Of a stretch of 64,000 nt of DNA, positions 10,754 through 19,195 are shown piece after piece (within the stretch, counting starts at the first letter, position 1; each line of letters opens with the position of its first letter). The notes under the pieces were generated by a model. That model did not search any database, was not told the DNA's origin, and saw nothing but the letters and a program-made list of their open reading frames with translations. This DNA comes from Candidatus Cloacimonadales bacterium. GTDB taxonomy: Bacteria > Cloacimonadota > Cloacimonadia > Cloacimonadales > DAONDQ01. Where the stretch lies: assembly GCA_963662275.1 (NCBI GenBank), contig OY759316.1, positions 2,208,001-2,272,000 of the forward strand. Direction: 5' to 3'. The position numbers and the translations under genes were made by a program.

Positions 10754-11878
10754 ATGCCAAACACTGCACTATATTATCCCTGGATAGACATTTCCCAAGA
10801 AGGTGAATCATGGCTGAAAACATCCTATCTATTTTGGGATAGCATACGAACTATAAACCCTGAATTCCTAACAAAACCGTATCAATTAGTAACTGCTCAA
10901 ATCTTAATGAACGAGGGGTTTTTGGAACCATATCTGGTAAATAGTGATATGGAAATTGTAAATAGTGCATCATGGGAATTTATTCAAAATTTTTTTAGTA
11001 ATGAAGTAGCATCTATGATGCTAAATAGCATCGATACAAATCCAGTGATCCATTTGGATAAACTTAATATGGTTCAATTTGATGTAATGGGTAAACGATT
11101 ATTAACAGAGATGTCATATGATTTCCCGATTCATCACAATAAAATGAATTATGAATTAAGACAAAGATTAAGGAAAATGTTCAACAGTAATAATGATAAT
11201 TCTGAATGGTTACATCTTCCATCATTTATTTCAGATTCATACATGACATTTCTAGCAAATGCAATCTCAGAGAAGGAAGGCTATGGTTCTCTAACATCAA
11301 AAACAACTGCTCGTAATCTTTATCAAATCGCAAAGTTCGACGCACAAGTTTATTTTCAATATTCATTTAGTGAGGAAAATGTTAATATTGATTACCGAAC
11401 TTTAGCGACTGGTATTTTAGCAAATATGTCTATCTCAACTCCAAAAATACGCGAGGATGTTTCAATTAAAAATTTGATGAAATTTAAAGTGAGATATTCT
11501 GATGAGTTAATTGCTTTTAGAAATAGCATAAATGAGTTAACAAAATCTATCAATAGTGATGTAGAATACAATGCAATGATGCATTTGATAGACGAACTAT
11601 ACAATAACCATGTGAAATTGAATCTAAGGAATCTGGAAAGAGCTCTTGATGGAATGAATATCAAACATACTGCTACAAGTCTGTTCAACACTGCATTCTT
11701 TTCTGTCGGTTCATCTTTATTATTGATGAATAGTGGGTTTTCAACTCCGCAGGCAATACTAGCCGGTGCTGGAATTTCTCTGGTCTATTCGTCAATTCGT
11801 TACAACCATGAAAAAGAAGAGTTGCTACGTAATAATCCTTATTCCTACTTGATGCATATTCAAAGAGATTTTAGATAA
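10754..11878 (+). CDS. DUF6236-like hypothetical protein with C-terminal hydrophobic segments
   Basis: 'ALYYPWI..WLK..LFWDSIRTI.P' start and 'NPYSYL' end; GGAGG RBS. Confidence 0.55.
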   Translation: MPNTALYYPWIDISQEGESWLKTSYLFWDSIRTINPEFLTKPYQLVTAQILMNEGFLEPYLVNSDMEIVNSASWEFIQNFFSNEVASMMLNSIDTNPVIHLDKLNMVQFDVMGKRLLTEMSYDFPIHHNKMNYELRQRLRKMFNSNNDNSEWLHLPSFISDSYMTFLANAISEKEGYGSLTSKTTARNLYQIAKFDAQVYFQYSFSEENVNIDYRTLATGILANMSISTPKIREDVSIKNLMKFKVRYSDELIAFRNSINELTKSINSDVEYNAMMHLIDELYNNHVKLNLRNLERALDGMNIKHTATSLFNTAFFSVGSSLLLMNSGFSTPQAILAGAGISLVYSSIRYNHEKEELLRNNPYSYLMHIQRDFR

Positions 11879-11948
11879 TTAAATATTGCTTTGCAAAATA
11901 TAAATATCTATTAATAATATTGCGTACAAATTTCAACAAGGAGTTTAC

Positions 11949-13499
11949 ATGATTTCATCACCAAGAGTTTTCGTTGGATCCTCTACAGATGCTGAAGAAG
12001 TCGATTTTCAGGTACGAGCTATTCTGGAAAAAATAGGTGCTACAGTTGTTGGTTGGAGAGATGTTTTCAAACCTGGTGATGTTACACTATTAGAATTACT
12101 GAAACTTGGTACATCTGTAGATGCAGCATTACTTATCGCTTCTCCAGATGATATGACTCAACGCCACGAAGATAAACACCTTTCCCCTAGAGATAATGTT
12201 TTACTTGAGTTAGGTATATTCCTTTCTTGTTTTGGCATGCATCGAACAGGAATACTTCATGTGAAAATTGGTGATAATATGGCTACGTTACCGACTGATC
12301 TAAAAGGAATTACTACAATTACATATGATACAAACAATCCAAATGAAAACACTAAGAAATTAGCTCAATGGATTGAATGTGTCAAAAAAGAACTCGATGC
12401 AGAATATCCTGGAATAAATATGGTTCTAAATAAAATTCAAAGTTATTTCAATTCCATACATCCAAGCTGGCTAAAACAAGTTGAACGTTATATTCTTCAT
12501 AAATTTGTCTTAGATTTAAAACTAGCTGCACATGGACATATTATCTTGTCACCTGGAAGATATTTTGAAGAGCTTTTTGACGAATTAGAAAATGTCTCAG
12601 CGGATTATGAAATTTCGGCAATTGCAACTTTATCCTCATCATTTTGGTCTCATGACCAAGAACAGCAATTATACGTAGATAAAAACATCGAAGCATCAAA
12701 AAAAGGGGTTTCTATTCGAAGAATGTTCATCATTCCTGATCAGAAATGGCGAGCATTCTTTCCTGTAATTCATAAGCAGATAGAAGCAGGAATAGAAATT
12801 CGAAGAGCTAAACCATCTATTTTATTAGAAAATCCTTCTTTAGAAGATATGGTGCTTTTTTTAAATAGGAAAACTAATGACTTAAGAGCTTATACTGCGG
12901 AACAAGTAATTGGAAACCCTAATATAATACGCCGTGGCAAAATAATATTAGATTCAGAAGAACGTTATGATTTACTAAGAGCGTTCGAACGTGCATGGTC
13001 TGTAGCATCTGTGATAACCGAAAAAGATATTAAAGTTTCACCATTTGTCGAAATCGCTTTTAGCAAACAAGTTCAAAATTTGAAAACTTATTACCTAAAT
13101 TCAAATGTGATTACCTGCATTGAGGCTGCAACTGCTAAGGGAATACCTCTAAAGAATGAGTTAAAATCTATTCTTTTATCTTCTTCAAAAGGTTATATTG
13201 TCGTTCATTTACCCGGAGATGCTGAAGTATCATTGCATAAAGTTAAAAAGGACTTAGATCTTCGAGAAGCAAGTTTAGCATCACTCAGTCAATTAAATAA
13301 AATAGGACTTAAGCCGGGTACAATTTGTGCTATTAAAGACCCTGTAAGGAGTTTTCAAAATCTTATCAGTAAAAGAGTTTTTGAATTAGATTACGTTTCG
13401 ACCAATAATGGAACCTTGCGTGGATATTATAATTTTCCGCCATCATTATTACTTGAAACCGAGAGTGTAAAAATGGGAGATTATGAAATCGATAGATAG
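11949..13499 (+). CDS. TIR (CAP12/PycTIR-type) + PLD-like/DUF6879-like + YbaK/tRNA-edit fusion protein
   Basis: 'RVFVGSS', 'SPDD', 'PRDNVLLELG', 'LPTDLKGIT' (TIR); 'KGVSIRRMFII' (PLD-like); 'ELKSILL..VVHLPGD..GLKPGTIC' (YbaK-like). Confidence 0.7.
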   Translation: MISSPRVFVGSSTDAEEVDFQVRAILEKIGATVVGWRDVFKPGDVTLLELLKLGTSVDAALLIASPDDMTQRHEDKHLSPRDNVLLELGIFLSCFGMHRTGILHVKIGDNMATLPTDLKGITTITYDTNNPNENTKKLAQWIECVKKELDAEYPGINMVLNKIQSYFNSIHPSWLKQVERYILHKFVLDLKLAAHGHIILSPGRYFEELFDELENVSADYEISAIATLSSSFWSHDQEQQLYVDKNIEASKKGVSIRRMFIIPDQKWRAFFPVIHKQIEAGIEIRRAKPSILLENPSLEDMVLFLNRKTNDLRAYTAEQVIGNPNIIRRGKIILDSEERYDLLRAFERAWSVASVITEKDIKVSPFVEIAFSKQVQNLKTYYLNSNVITCIEAATAKGIPLKNELKSILLSSSKGYIVVHLPGDAEVSLHKVKKDLDLREASLASLSQLNKIGLKPGTICAIKDPVRSFQNLISKRVFELDYVSTNNGTLRGYYNFPPSLLLETESVKMGDYEIDR

Positions 13500-13619
13500 C
13501 ACTTACTTTATTCGAGGTCGAGGTGACTTTCTCTCTAAACAGACGGGGTTACTGCCATGAACCCCAACATTGCACCACAGGTTACTGCGGACAGCTAACA
13601 GCGCAGAGCAGAACAAACT

Positions 13620-13646
13620 GTAACGCCTTATTCATAAGGTGTTACA
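13620..13646. repeat. REP-like palindrome GTAACGCCTTATTCATAAGGTGTTAC
   Basis: Near-perfect hairpin; further copies at ~17684-17708 and, inverted, at ~17761-17784. Confidence 0.8.
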
Positions 13647-13691
13647 AAATAGCAAGATCGGCGTCTTACTCTACAAGTAGAACAAATTATA

Positions 13692-13773
13692 TTGACCATA
13701 GATACATTATGTAATATATTGTTATCATATATTATTAACACATATACTACACGATAACACAGTATATGTTATC
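13692..13773 (+). promoter_or_regulatory. Sigma70-like promoter with downstream inverted repeats (possible autoregulatory operator)
   Basis: TTGACC-17 nt-TATATT at 13692-13720; taacacatatact...agtatatgtta and tgttatc/gataaca repeats. Confidence 0.5.
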
Positions 13774-13805
13774 ATGCAAATATGATGTTACTAAAGTGAG
13801 GTTGT

Positions 13806-14783
13806 ATGCAGAATCTGAATATTTTGGAAGACTATGTTTACGATATATTGGGAATAAAAGTAAGAGTGAATAAAGTCGATATCGCTAGCAGACTCCCTTT
13901 TTATCTTCAGAACAATTATCACTTTTATAGCATTCAAATCTATAATCATGATTACAATTTGATGTTAGCTAATGATGAGAATGAGATAACTCCTGCCCAG
14001 ATCAATAAGCATATTGGAGTTGTTAAGGAAAAAACAGGTCGGGAGACTATCTTTTGCTGTTCCAGGATAAGCTCATTCAATCGGAAGCGTCTGATAGAGT
14101 ATAAAATTCCATTTATTATCCCAGGTAATCAGATGTTCTTACCTGATATTGGTATTGATTTAAGAGAATATTACAAATATAGAAAACAGGCAACAGGAAA
14201 GCTAAGCCCTTCAACCCAGGTTATCGTATTAGATGCCTTGCTAAATCATGATTATACACCCAAAACGACATCACAACTCTCAAATAAACTGCCTTATACC
14301 AAAATGACCATAGGCAGGGCTTTTGATGAGTTGGAAGCAAATGAGATAGCCAAAATTGAGATGCTTGGGAAGGAACGTATTTTACATTTTAATCATACAG
14401 GCAAAGAGCTTTGGGATACAGTGTACAGCCTTTTACGTAATCCTATTGCAAAGAGGATTTACATAAATGAGCTTAATCCAAAAGAATCCATGCCTATTTC
14501 CGGTTTCACTGCGTTATCTCTGGAAACGATGATCAGTGAATCTCAATATCGAACTTATGCGATGAGCAGAGAAGAATATAAATTACTCCAGATAAGAAAT
14601 AACGTAGTTGAACTCGAATATCCTGCTCAGGATGCAATTGAAATTGAGATTTGGAGTTATTCTCCACGGTTGCTGTCACAAGGGGAACGTGTTGATAATC
14701 TCTCCCTGTATTTAAGTTTGAAAGATAATGAAGATGAAAGAGTTGAAATGGCTTTGGAATCACTTTTGGAGCAGATACTATAG
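13806..14783 (+). CDS. HTH-containing protein, probable antitoxin/regulator of an HTH + nucleotidyltransferase (type IV TA-like) pair
   Basis: 'RKRLIEYKIPFIIPGNQMFLPDIG', central wHTH 'TKMTIGRAFDEL', C-terminal 'VDNLSLYLSL..DERVE'. Confidence 0.6.
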   Translation: MQNLNILEDYVYDILGIKVRVNKVDIASRLPFYLQNNYHFYSIQIYNHDYNLMLANDENEITPAQINKHIGVVKEKTGRETIFCCSRISSFNRKRLIEYKIPFIIPGNQMFLPDIGIDLREYYKYRKQATGKLSPSTQVIVLDALLNHDYTPKTTSQLSNKLPYTKMTIGRAFDELEANEIAKIEMLGKERILHFNHTGKELWDTVYSLLRNPIAKRIYINELNPKESMPISGFTALSLETMISESQYRTYAMSREEYKLLQIRNNVVELEYPAQDAIEIEIWSYSPRLLSQGERVDNLSLYLSLKDNEDERVEMALESLLEQIL

Positions 14784-15079
14784 ATTTAAAAAGCTTAGGA
14801 ATGAAAGGGATTTCAGTTGAGGAAGTTATCCAATGGATATTTCGGAGTGAGAGAGCATAGTGTACGCTCCAACAGAGCCACGTCTTCGGAAAAATAGAGC
14901 CACCTAATTCGGAGATGAGAGCCACTCTTCTATTTTCAATAATTAATACAGGTAATATACAAAAAAATAAGCTATAACTAATCTTTTTGCGACGGCTGCC
15001 GTGAAGTGAGGCCGTAGGCCGAGCGAAGCGGCAGCCGTCGCCGGGAAAGTTGTAGTACCATCCCAAGTATTAACTATCG

Positions 15080-15826
15080 TTATTCTTTCTTAATGCCATT
15101 GCGTTCTCTCATTGACACTTTACCATCGATAAAAATAGGATAGGAATCGTGTATAATCCGGTCAAGGATGGCATCGGCAAGGGTTTCCTGACCAATCTTC
15201 TCATGCCATCCTCCGGTTCTGAACTGAGAACAGAAGATCGTTGATGAGTGCTGATGCCTCGCTTCGATAATCTCCAAAAGATCTCTTGCCTCTTGTTCTC
15301 TGAGTGGTGTCAGCAGCCATTCATCAAGTATCAGCAGTTTGATCTGCTTGTATTGTTTTATGACTTTCTTAAAAATACCTTCACCTCTGGCAACTGCCAG
15401 GTCATCCAGCAATTCGGGAAGTCGTATATATCTGACAGGATAATAGTTCCGGCAGGCTGCTATCCCGAAAGCACAACCCAGCCAGGATTTCCCGTTTCCT
15501 GATGCTCCCATAATGATTATATTCCGATTTTCGCTGATGTAACTGCAGGTTGATAAACGGATAATCTCAGATCGATCCAGCTTTCTGTCATCATGATATT
15601 CTACGTCTTCAATACTTGCCTGGCTGAACTTCAAGTTTGCCTTCTTAATTAGCCTCTGCAGTCTGTTATTTTTGCGTCTGGCCCATTCAGCATCTACGAG
15701 CAGACTGAAGCGTTCTTCGAAAAGCAAATCCTTAAATGCACCATCATGTAATTGCTGGCAGAAAGTATCAGCCATAGCACTCAAATGCATCTCGTGAAGC
15801 TTATTGACTGTTGATTGGCTGATCAT
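15080..15826 (-). CDS. istB: IS21 helper ATPase IstB
   Basis: GASGNGKS, LLILDEW, ADAILDRIIH, SMR. Confidence 0.95.
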   Translation of the reverse strand: MISQSTVNKLHEMHLSAMADTFCQQLHDGAFKDLLFEERFSLLVDAEWARRKNNRLQRLIKKANLKFSQASIEDVEYHDDRKLDRSEIIRLSTCSYISENRNIIIMGASGNGKSWLGCAFGIAACRNYYPVRYIRLPELLDDLAVARGEGIFKKVIKQYKQIKLLILDEWLLTPLREQEARDLLEIIEARHQHSSTIFCSQFRTGGWHEKIGQETLADAILDRIIHDSYPIFIDGKVSMRERNGIKKE

Positions 15827-17367
15827 TTATTTTTCCTCCCGTAGTAGTCTGCACCTCTGGTAATACCAAAATCAGAAGCAGGATCATTCTTTGCAGTCTC
15901 TGCCGCATTATTGATCTTATCAAAACCCGTCTTGAGTATGGTTTGGATATTTTTATAACCGGGATTGGGTGTATAAGATAATGCCCTTTGACATGCACTT
16001 TCGAGCCTCTGCACAGAATACCTGTCAGCTGATTTCAGAAGTGCCATACAGGAACGGTATCCCTGCTGTTCAACACGATAGGATGCCAGAATAGACTTAA
16101 TTACGATCATCGTATGTTCCCCTATTTCCTTTGCCCAGGAGATAAACCTCTCTGCATTCCATTCCTGATATTTCTGATGCTGTTCAGGCATATGTTCAGG
16201 GAGTGTCTGATACTGACCGGGATGACCAAATTTCCTGACATGGGAAGCGATTCTGTTGGAGTTATAGAAAACCTCGACAACTCTGCTTGTGATGCGTACA
16301 TCCACATAGTATTTTATGTATTCATAAGGAACCGAATAGTACATCTTATCCACGCTTATATGATAATTGAACTGTACTGTTGCCTTTGACCAGGCAGCAA
16401 GCTCATATGGCGACAATGACAATGGAATAAGCATGGGCTGTTCTTCTGCCTGAAAGACACTTTCTCTGCTTCCTTCTTTCTTTTGAAAGGGCTTGGTATT
16501 GAACTCTCCCAGTTTTTCCCTGATTGACATATTGAGTTCATGAAGCGAAAAGAATGTCTGGTTTCGCAAGGCAGCAATGATCCAGGTTGAGATGACTCCA
16601 ACTGTGCCTTCTGCACTGGGCTTATCCTTTGGTCTTCTAACTCTGGCAGGTATTACCGCAGTATCGTAATAAGCAGACATTTCTCCATAGGTTCTGTTGA
16701 TAACGGGAGTATACCACGACACATGGTCAACTCCCGTCTTAAGATTATCAGGAACAAGTATTTTAGTAACTCCATTAAAGTACTTGAAGCTATTTATATG
16801 AGCCTGAATCCAGCTTTCCATATTCATGGAAAGAAAGGCTTCCACATAGGAATAACCACTGTACGGGAGGGTTGCTACAAAAACATAGGCTTTGATCGGT
16901 TCACCGGTAATGTTGTTTTTGATGGCGGCAGTCTGTCCAGCCCAGTCCACTTCCAGCTTTTCTCCTGGTTTGTGTTTTATTCGCATGGTTGCTTTTGTCT
17001 TTTGTGAGTAATCATGGTAATGTTTGCAAAATTGCGTATACTTGTAGGGAATAGCCTGATTATTCCTGCATCCCTCAGAGTATTCATGCCAGAGTAGCGA
17101 CAGTGTTACACCACTCTTGGCAAGTTCCTTGTGTATGTGTTCATAATCAGGCATCTTCTGCGGGTTTGACGATAAGTAAGCCGGAAAGAGCTGCTCTTCG
17201 ATCATCTCATTTGTTAATGTATCAGGAAGCGGCCATTCAAGGCTCTGGTCTGTTGCCCTTTGAATGATCATCGACACGTTATTGCGGGAACAGGATAAAC
17301 TCGCCGCTATGCCTCGTCTGCTTATTCCCTGGCTGTGTAAGCGAAGGATCTCTCGGTAATTGGTCAT
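15823..17367 (-). CDS. istA: IS21 DDE transposase IstA
   Basis: EVDWAG, VPDNLKTGV, PKDKPSAE; GGAGG RBS before MTNYREIL. Confidence 0.95.
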   Translation of the reverse strand: MTNYREILRLHSQGISRRGIAASLSCSRNNVSMIIQRATDQSLEWPLPDTLTNEMIEEQLFPAYLSSNPQKMPDYEHIHKELAKSGVTLSLLWHEYSEGCRNNQAIPYKYTQFCKHYHDYSQKTKATMRIKHKPGEKLEVDWAGQTAAIKNNITGEPIKAYVFVATLPYSGYSYVEAFLSMNMESWIQAHINSFKYFNGVTKILVPDNLKTGVDHVSWYTPVINRTYGEMSAYYDTAVIPARVRRPKDKPSAEGTVGVISTWIIAALRNQTFFSLHELNMSIREKLGEFNTKPFQKKEGSRESVFQAEEQPMLIPLSLSPYELAAWSKATVQFNYHISVDKMYYSVPYEYIKYYVDVRITSRVVEVFYNSNRIASHVRKFGHPGQYQTLPEHMPEQHQKYQEWNAERFISWAKEIGEHTMIVIKSILASYRVEQQGYRSCMALLKSADRYSVQRLESACQRALSYTPNPGYKNIQTILKTGFDKINNAAETAKNDPASDFGITRGADYYGRKNK

Positions 17368-17780
17368 TGCATTGACCTCCATGAATTGATTTACACTGAT
17401 ACAGTGCATTAATTCATGTTGGTTTTTTCTTTCAAAATAGCAAGGTGGCTCTATTTTAGCGAAGACGTGGCTCTAAAACTCCGTACAAGTGGCTCTCATT
17501 TAGAATATTATTCAATCCAAAGATTGTTGGTGATTTACGAAATGAAGAGCATACTTTAGGATGCTTCTTCGTAGCGCTGACTTTAGGCGGTATCTATTTC
17601 TGTTTGGGAATTACCTCCTGAAGTAGGTGCTACATGCAGAAGGTTACAGCTAACAGCGGACAGGTAACAGCGCAGAGCAAACTGTAACGCCTTATTCATA
17701 AGGTGTTCCGCTGAATTTATTCAGTTTTTCTCCAGATCAGATACAATATAAATATTGTGGTACACCTTATGAATAAGGCG

Positions 17781-19136
17781 TTACAAAACAGCAAGATCCG
17801 AAAAAGCATCTTTGAGAGTTCTCTTCAGCGCATGGCGGTTTTTATACGTAATTAACAGGTGATGAATCAAAGCTTTCGTAGGTTCCAGACCGCCCTGTAT
17901 CTTGAGCATTCTTCTCAGGTATTTGGCTATCTTTTCATAGTTCGTTGTGAATTCTGCAAGTCTATGGATATTGCTTTCATAGTAAGAGAGCATTTCGGTA
18001 GGATATTGTTTCCAGACAAAACGGGCGTATGGATCTATATCATTAAGTGGTAAAGTGCCATTCAGTATTATCTTGAGTAAACGATCTATGAATCCTTCAG
18101 CCGCATAAATATCAGCAAGATAACGTACATGAAGGAAATTACGTTTTAGTGTTTCAAGGTGGTAATTGATTAATTCTTCAACTTTATCCTTCCACGGTTC
18201 AGGCGGGAAGAGGGCTTTCAGTTTTACATAGCTTTCTTTTCTGCAATTATGGGACTTATATTCTTCTTCAGCGTATTTCTGCTGATCTTCCAGGTTGTTT
18301 TCGATTTTAGCAATATTCTGGAGATGTCCCAGGTAAGTGGTGCCGATATGGCTATACCCCATATTACTGCTATGCATCATTGCTTCACAGCAAATGGCTT
18401 TAGCTTCTGAGAGGATGCCCTCTGCAATAAGCTTTTCCACCAGTAGATGCCTGAACGTATTCAGATTAGGATTTGACTTAATAATGTCATCAGCTTCATC
18501 AAACTGCTCCCTATTCTTGAAATAGTAATACTTCCTTTTCAGCAGTTTCTCAACGATTAAGAGTTTTTTTGCATGCATATTTTTTTGAATCAGATCATCA
18601 ATAAGAGCAAGAAATTGGGTATCCTTCGTTTGATCAGTGACGGTTTTATCCATAATATCCAGGATGTAATTGCCATTCGATTCATTAAATAGGTGTTCTT
18701 CATGATACAACCGGTTAAAGGTATCGAATATCTCATCTTGCAAACTGGTATCCGCAATAAAATGTATATGCTGCACAGTATTCACTAAAGCTTCCATCAA
18801 ATCATCAAAACCGTAGTATTCGCTACTTGTGCTGCATTCATCTTGAAGTATCTGCTCGGTTATGCAGCGTGTGATTGCCCAAGCCTGAATCGTATCATCA
18901 TTATCTGCTAATGTTTCCGCTTTACTGATAAGATCATGCAGATCATCAAAACATTTCTTTATATTGTCGAAAACAGCCTCAATTTCTTCAAGCCTTCGGA
19001 ACCCGAAGTCTTCGAAATCAGGGTATTCCTCAAAGCTCATGATGATTTCAGCTACGATCTGCTGGTATTTCTGATATAGATCACCGGGTATCTCTTTTTC
19101 AAAGTGATGAATAGTAACCATAATAACTCCCTTCAA
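17781..19136 (-). CDS. Hypothetical alpha-helical protein resembling the C-terminal part of SWIM-finger-family proteins
   Basis: Long ORF; 'YEKIAKYLRRM..YKNRHAL' tail; no SWIM motif seen. Confidence 0.55.
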   Translation of the reverse strand: MKGVIMVTIHHFEKEIPGDLYQKYQQIVAEIIMSFEEYPDFEDFGFRRLEEIEAVFDNIKKCFDDLHDLISKAETLADNDDTIQAWAITRCITEQILQDECSTSSEYYGFDDLMEALVNTVQHIHFIADTSLQDEIFDTFNRLYHEEHLFNESNGNYILDIMDKTVTDQTKDTQFLALIDDLIQKNMHAKKLLIVEKLLKRKYYYFKNREQFDEADDIIKSNPNLNTFRHLLVEKLIAEGILSEAKAICCEAMMHSSNMGYSHIGTTYLGHLQNIAKIENNLEDQQKYAEEEYKSHNCRKESYVKLKALFPPEPWKDKVEELINYHLETLKRNFLHVRYLADIYAAEGFIDRLLKIILNGTLPLNDIDPYARFVWKQYPTEMLSYYESNIHRLAEFTTNYEKIAKYLRRMLKIQGGLEPTKALIHHLLITYKNRHALKRTLKDAFSDLAVL

Positions 19137-19195
19137 GACAAAGAATAAAAAAATTGGCAGAGCTGATGGATCCTCGCATTCCCAATGTCTTTCAG

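Larger units (their letters stand above)
14834..17514 (-). mobile_element. IS21-family insertion sequence
   Basis: TG...CA ends, imperfect terminal inverted repeats with repeated AGAGCCAC boxes, 6-bp direct repeat ATCCAA at 14828-14833 and 17515-17520, istA+istB. Confidence 0.93.

Noticed and set aside
11949..13499. CBASS/Pycsar/Thoeris assignment
   Set aside because: No cyclase, STING/cNMP-binding domain or ThsA recognised in the window
14533..15066. 177-aa minus-strand ORF
   Set aside because: Spans the IS21 end and runs antisense to the HTH gene; no motifs
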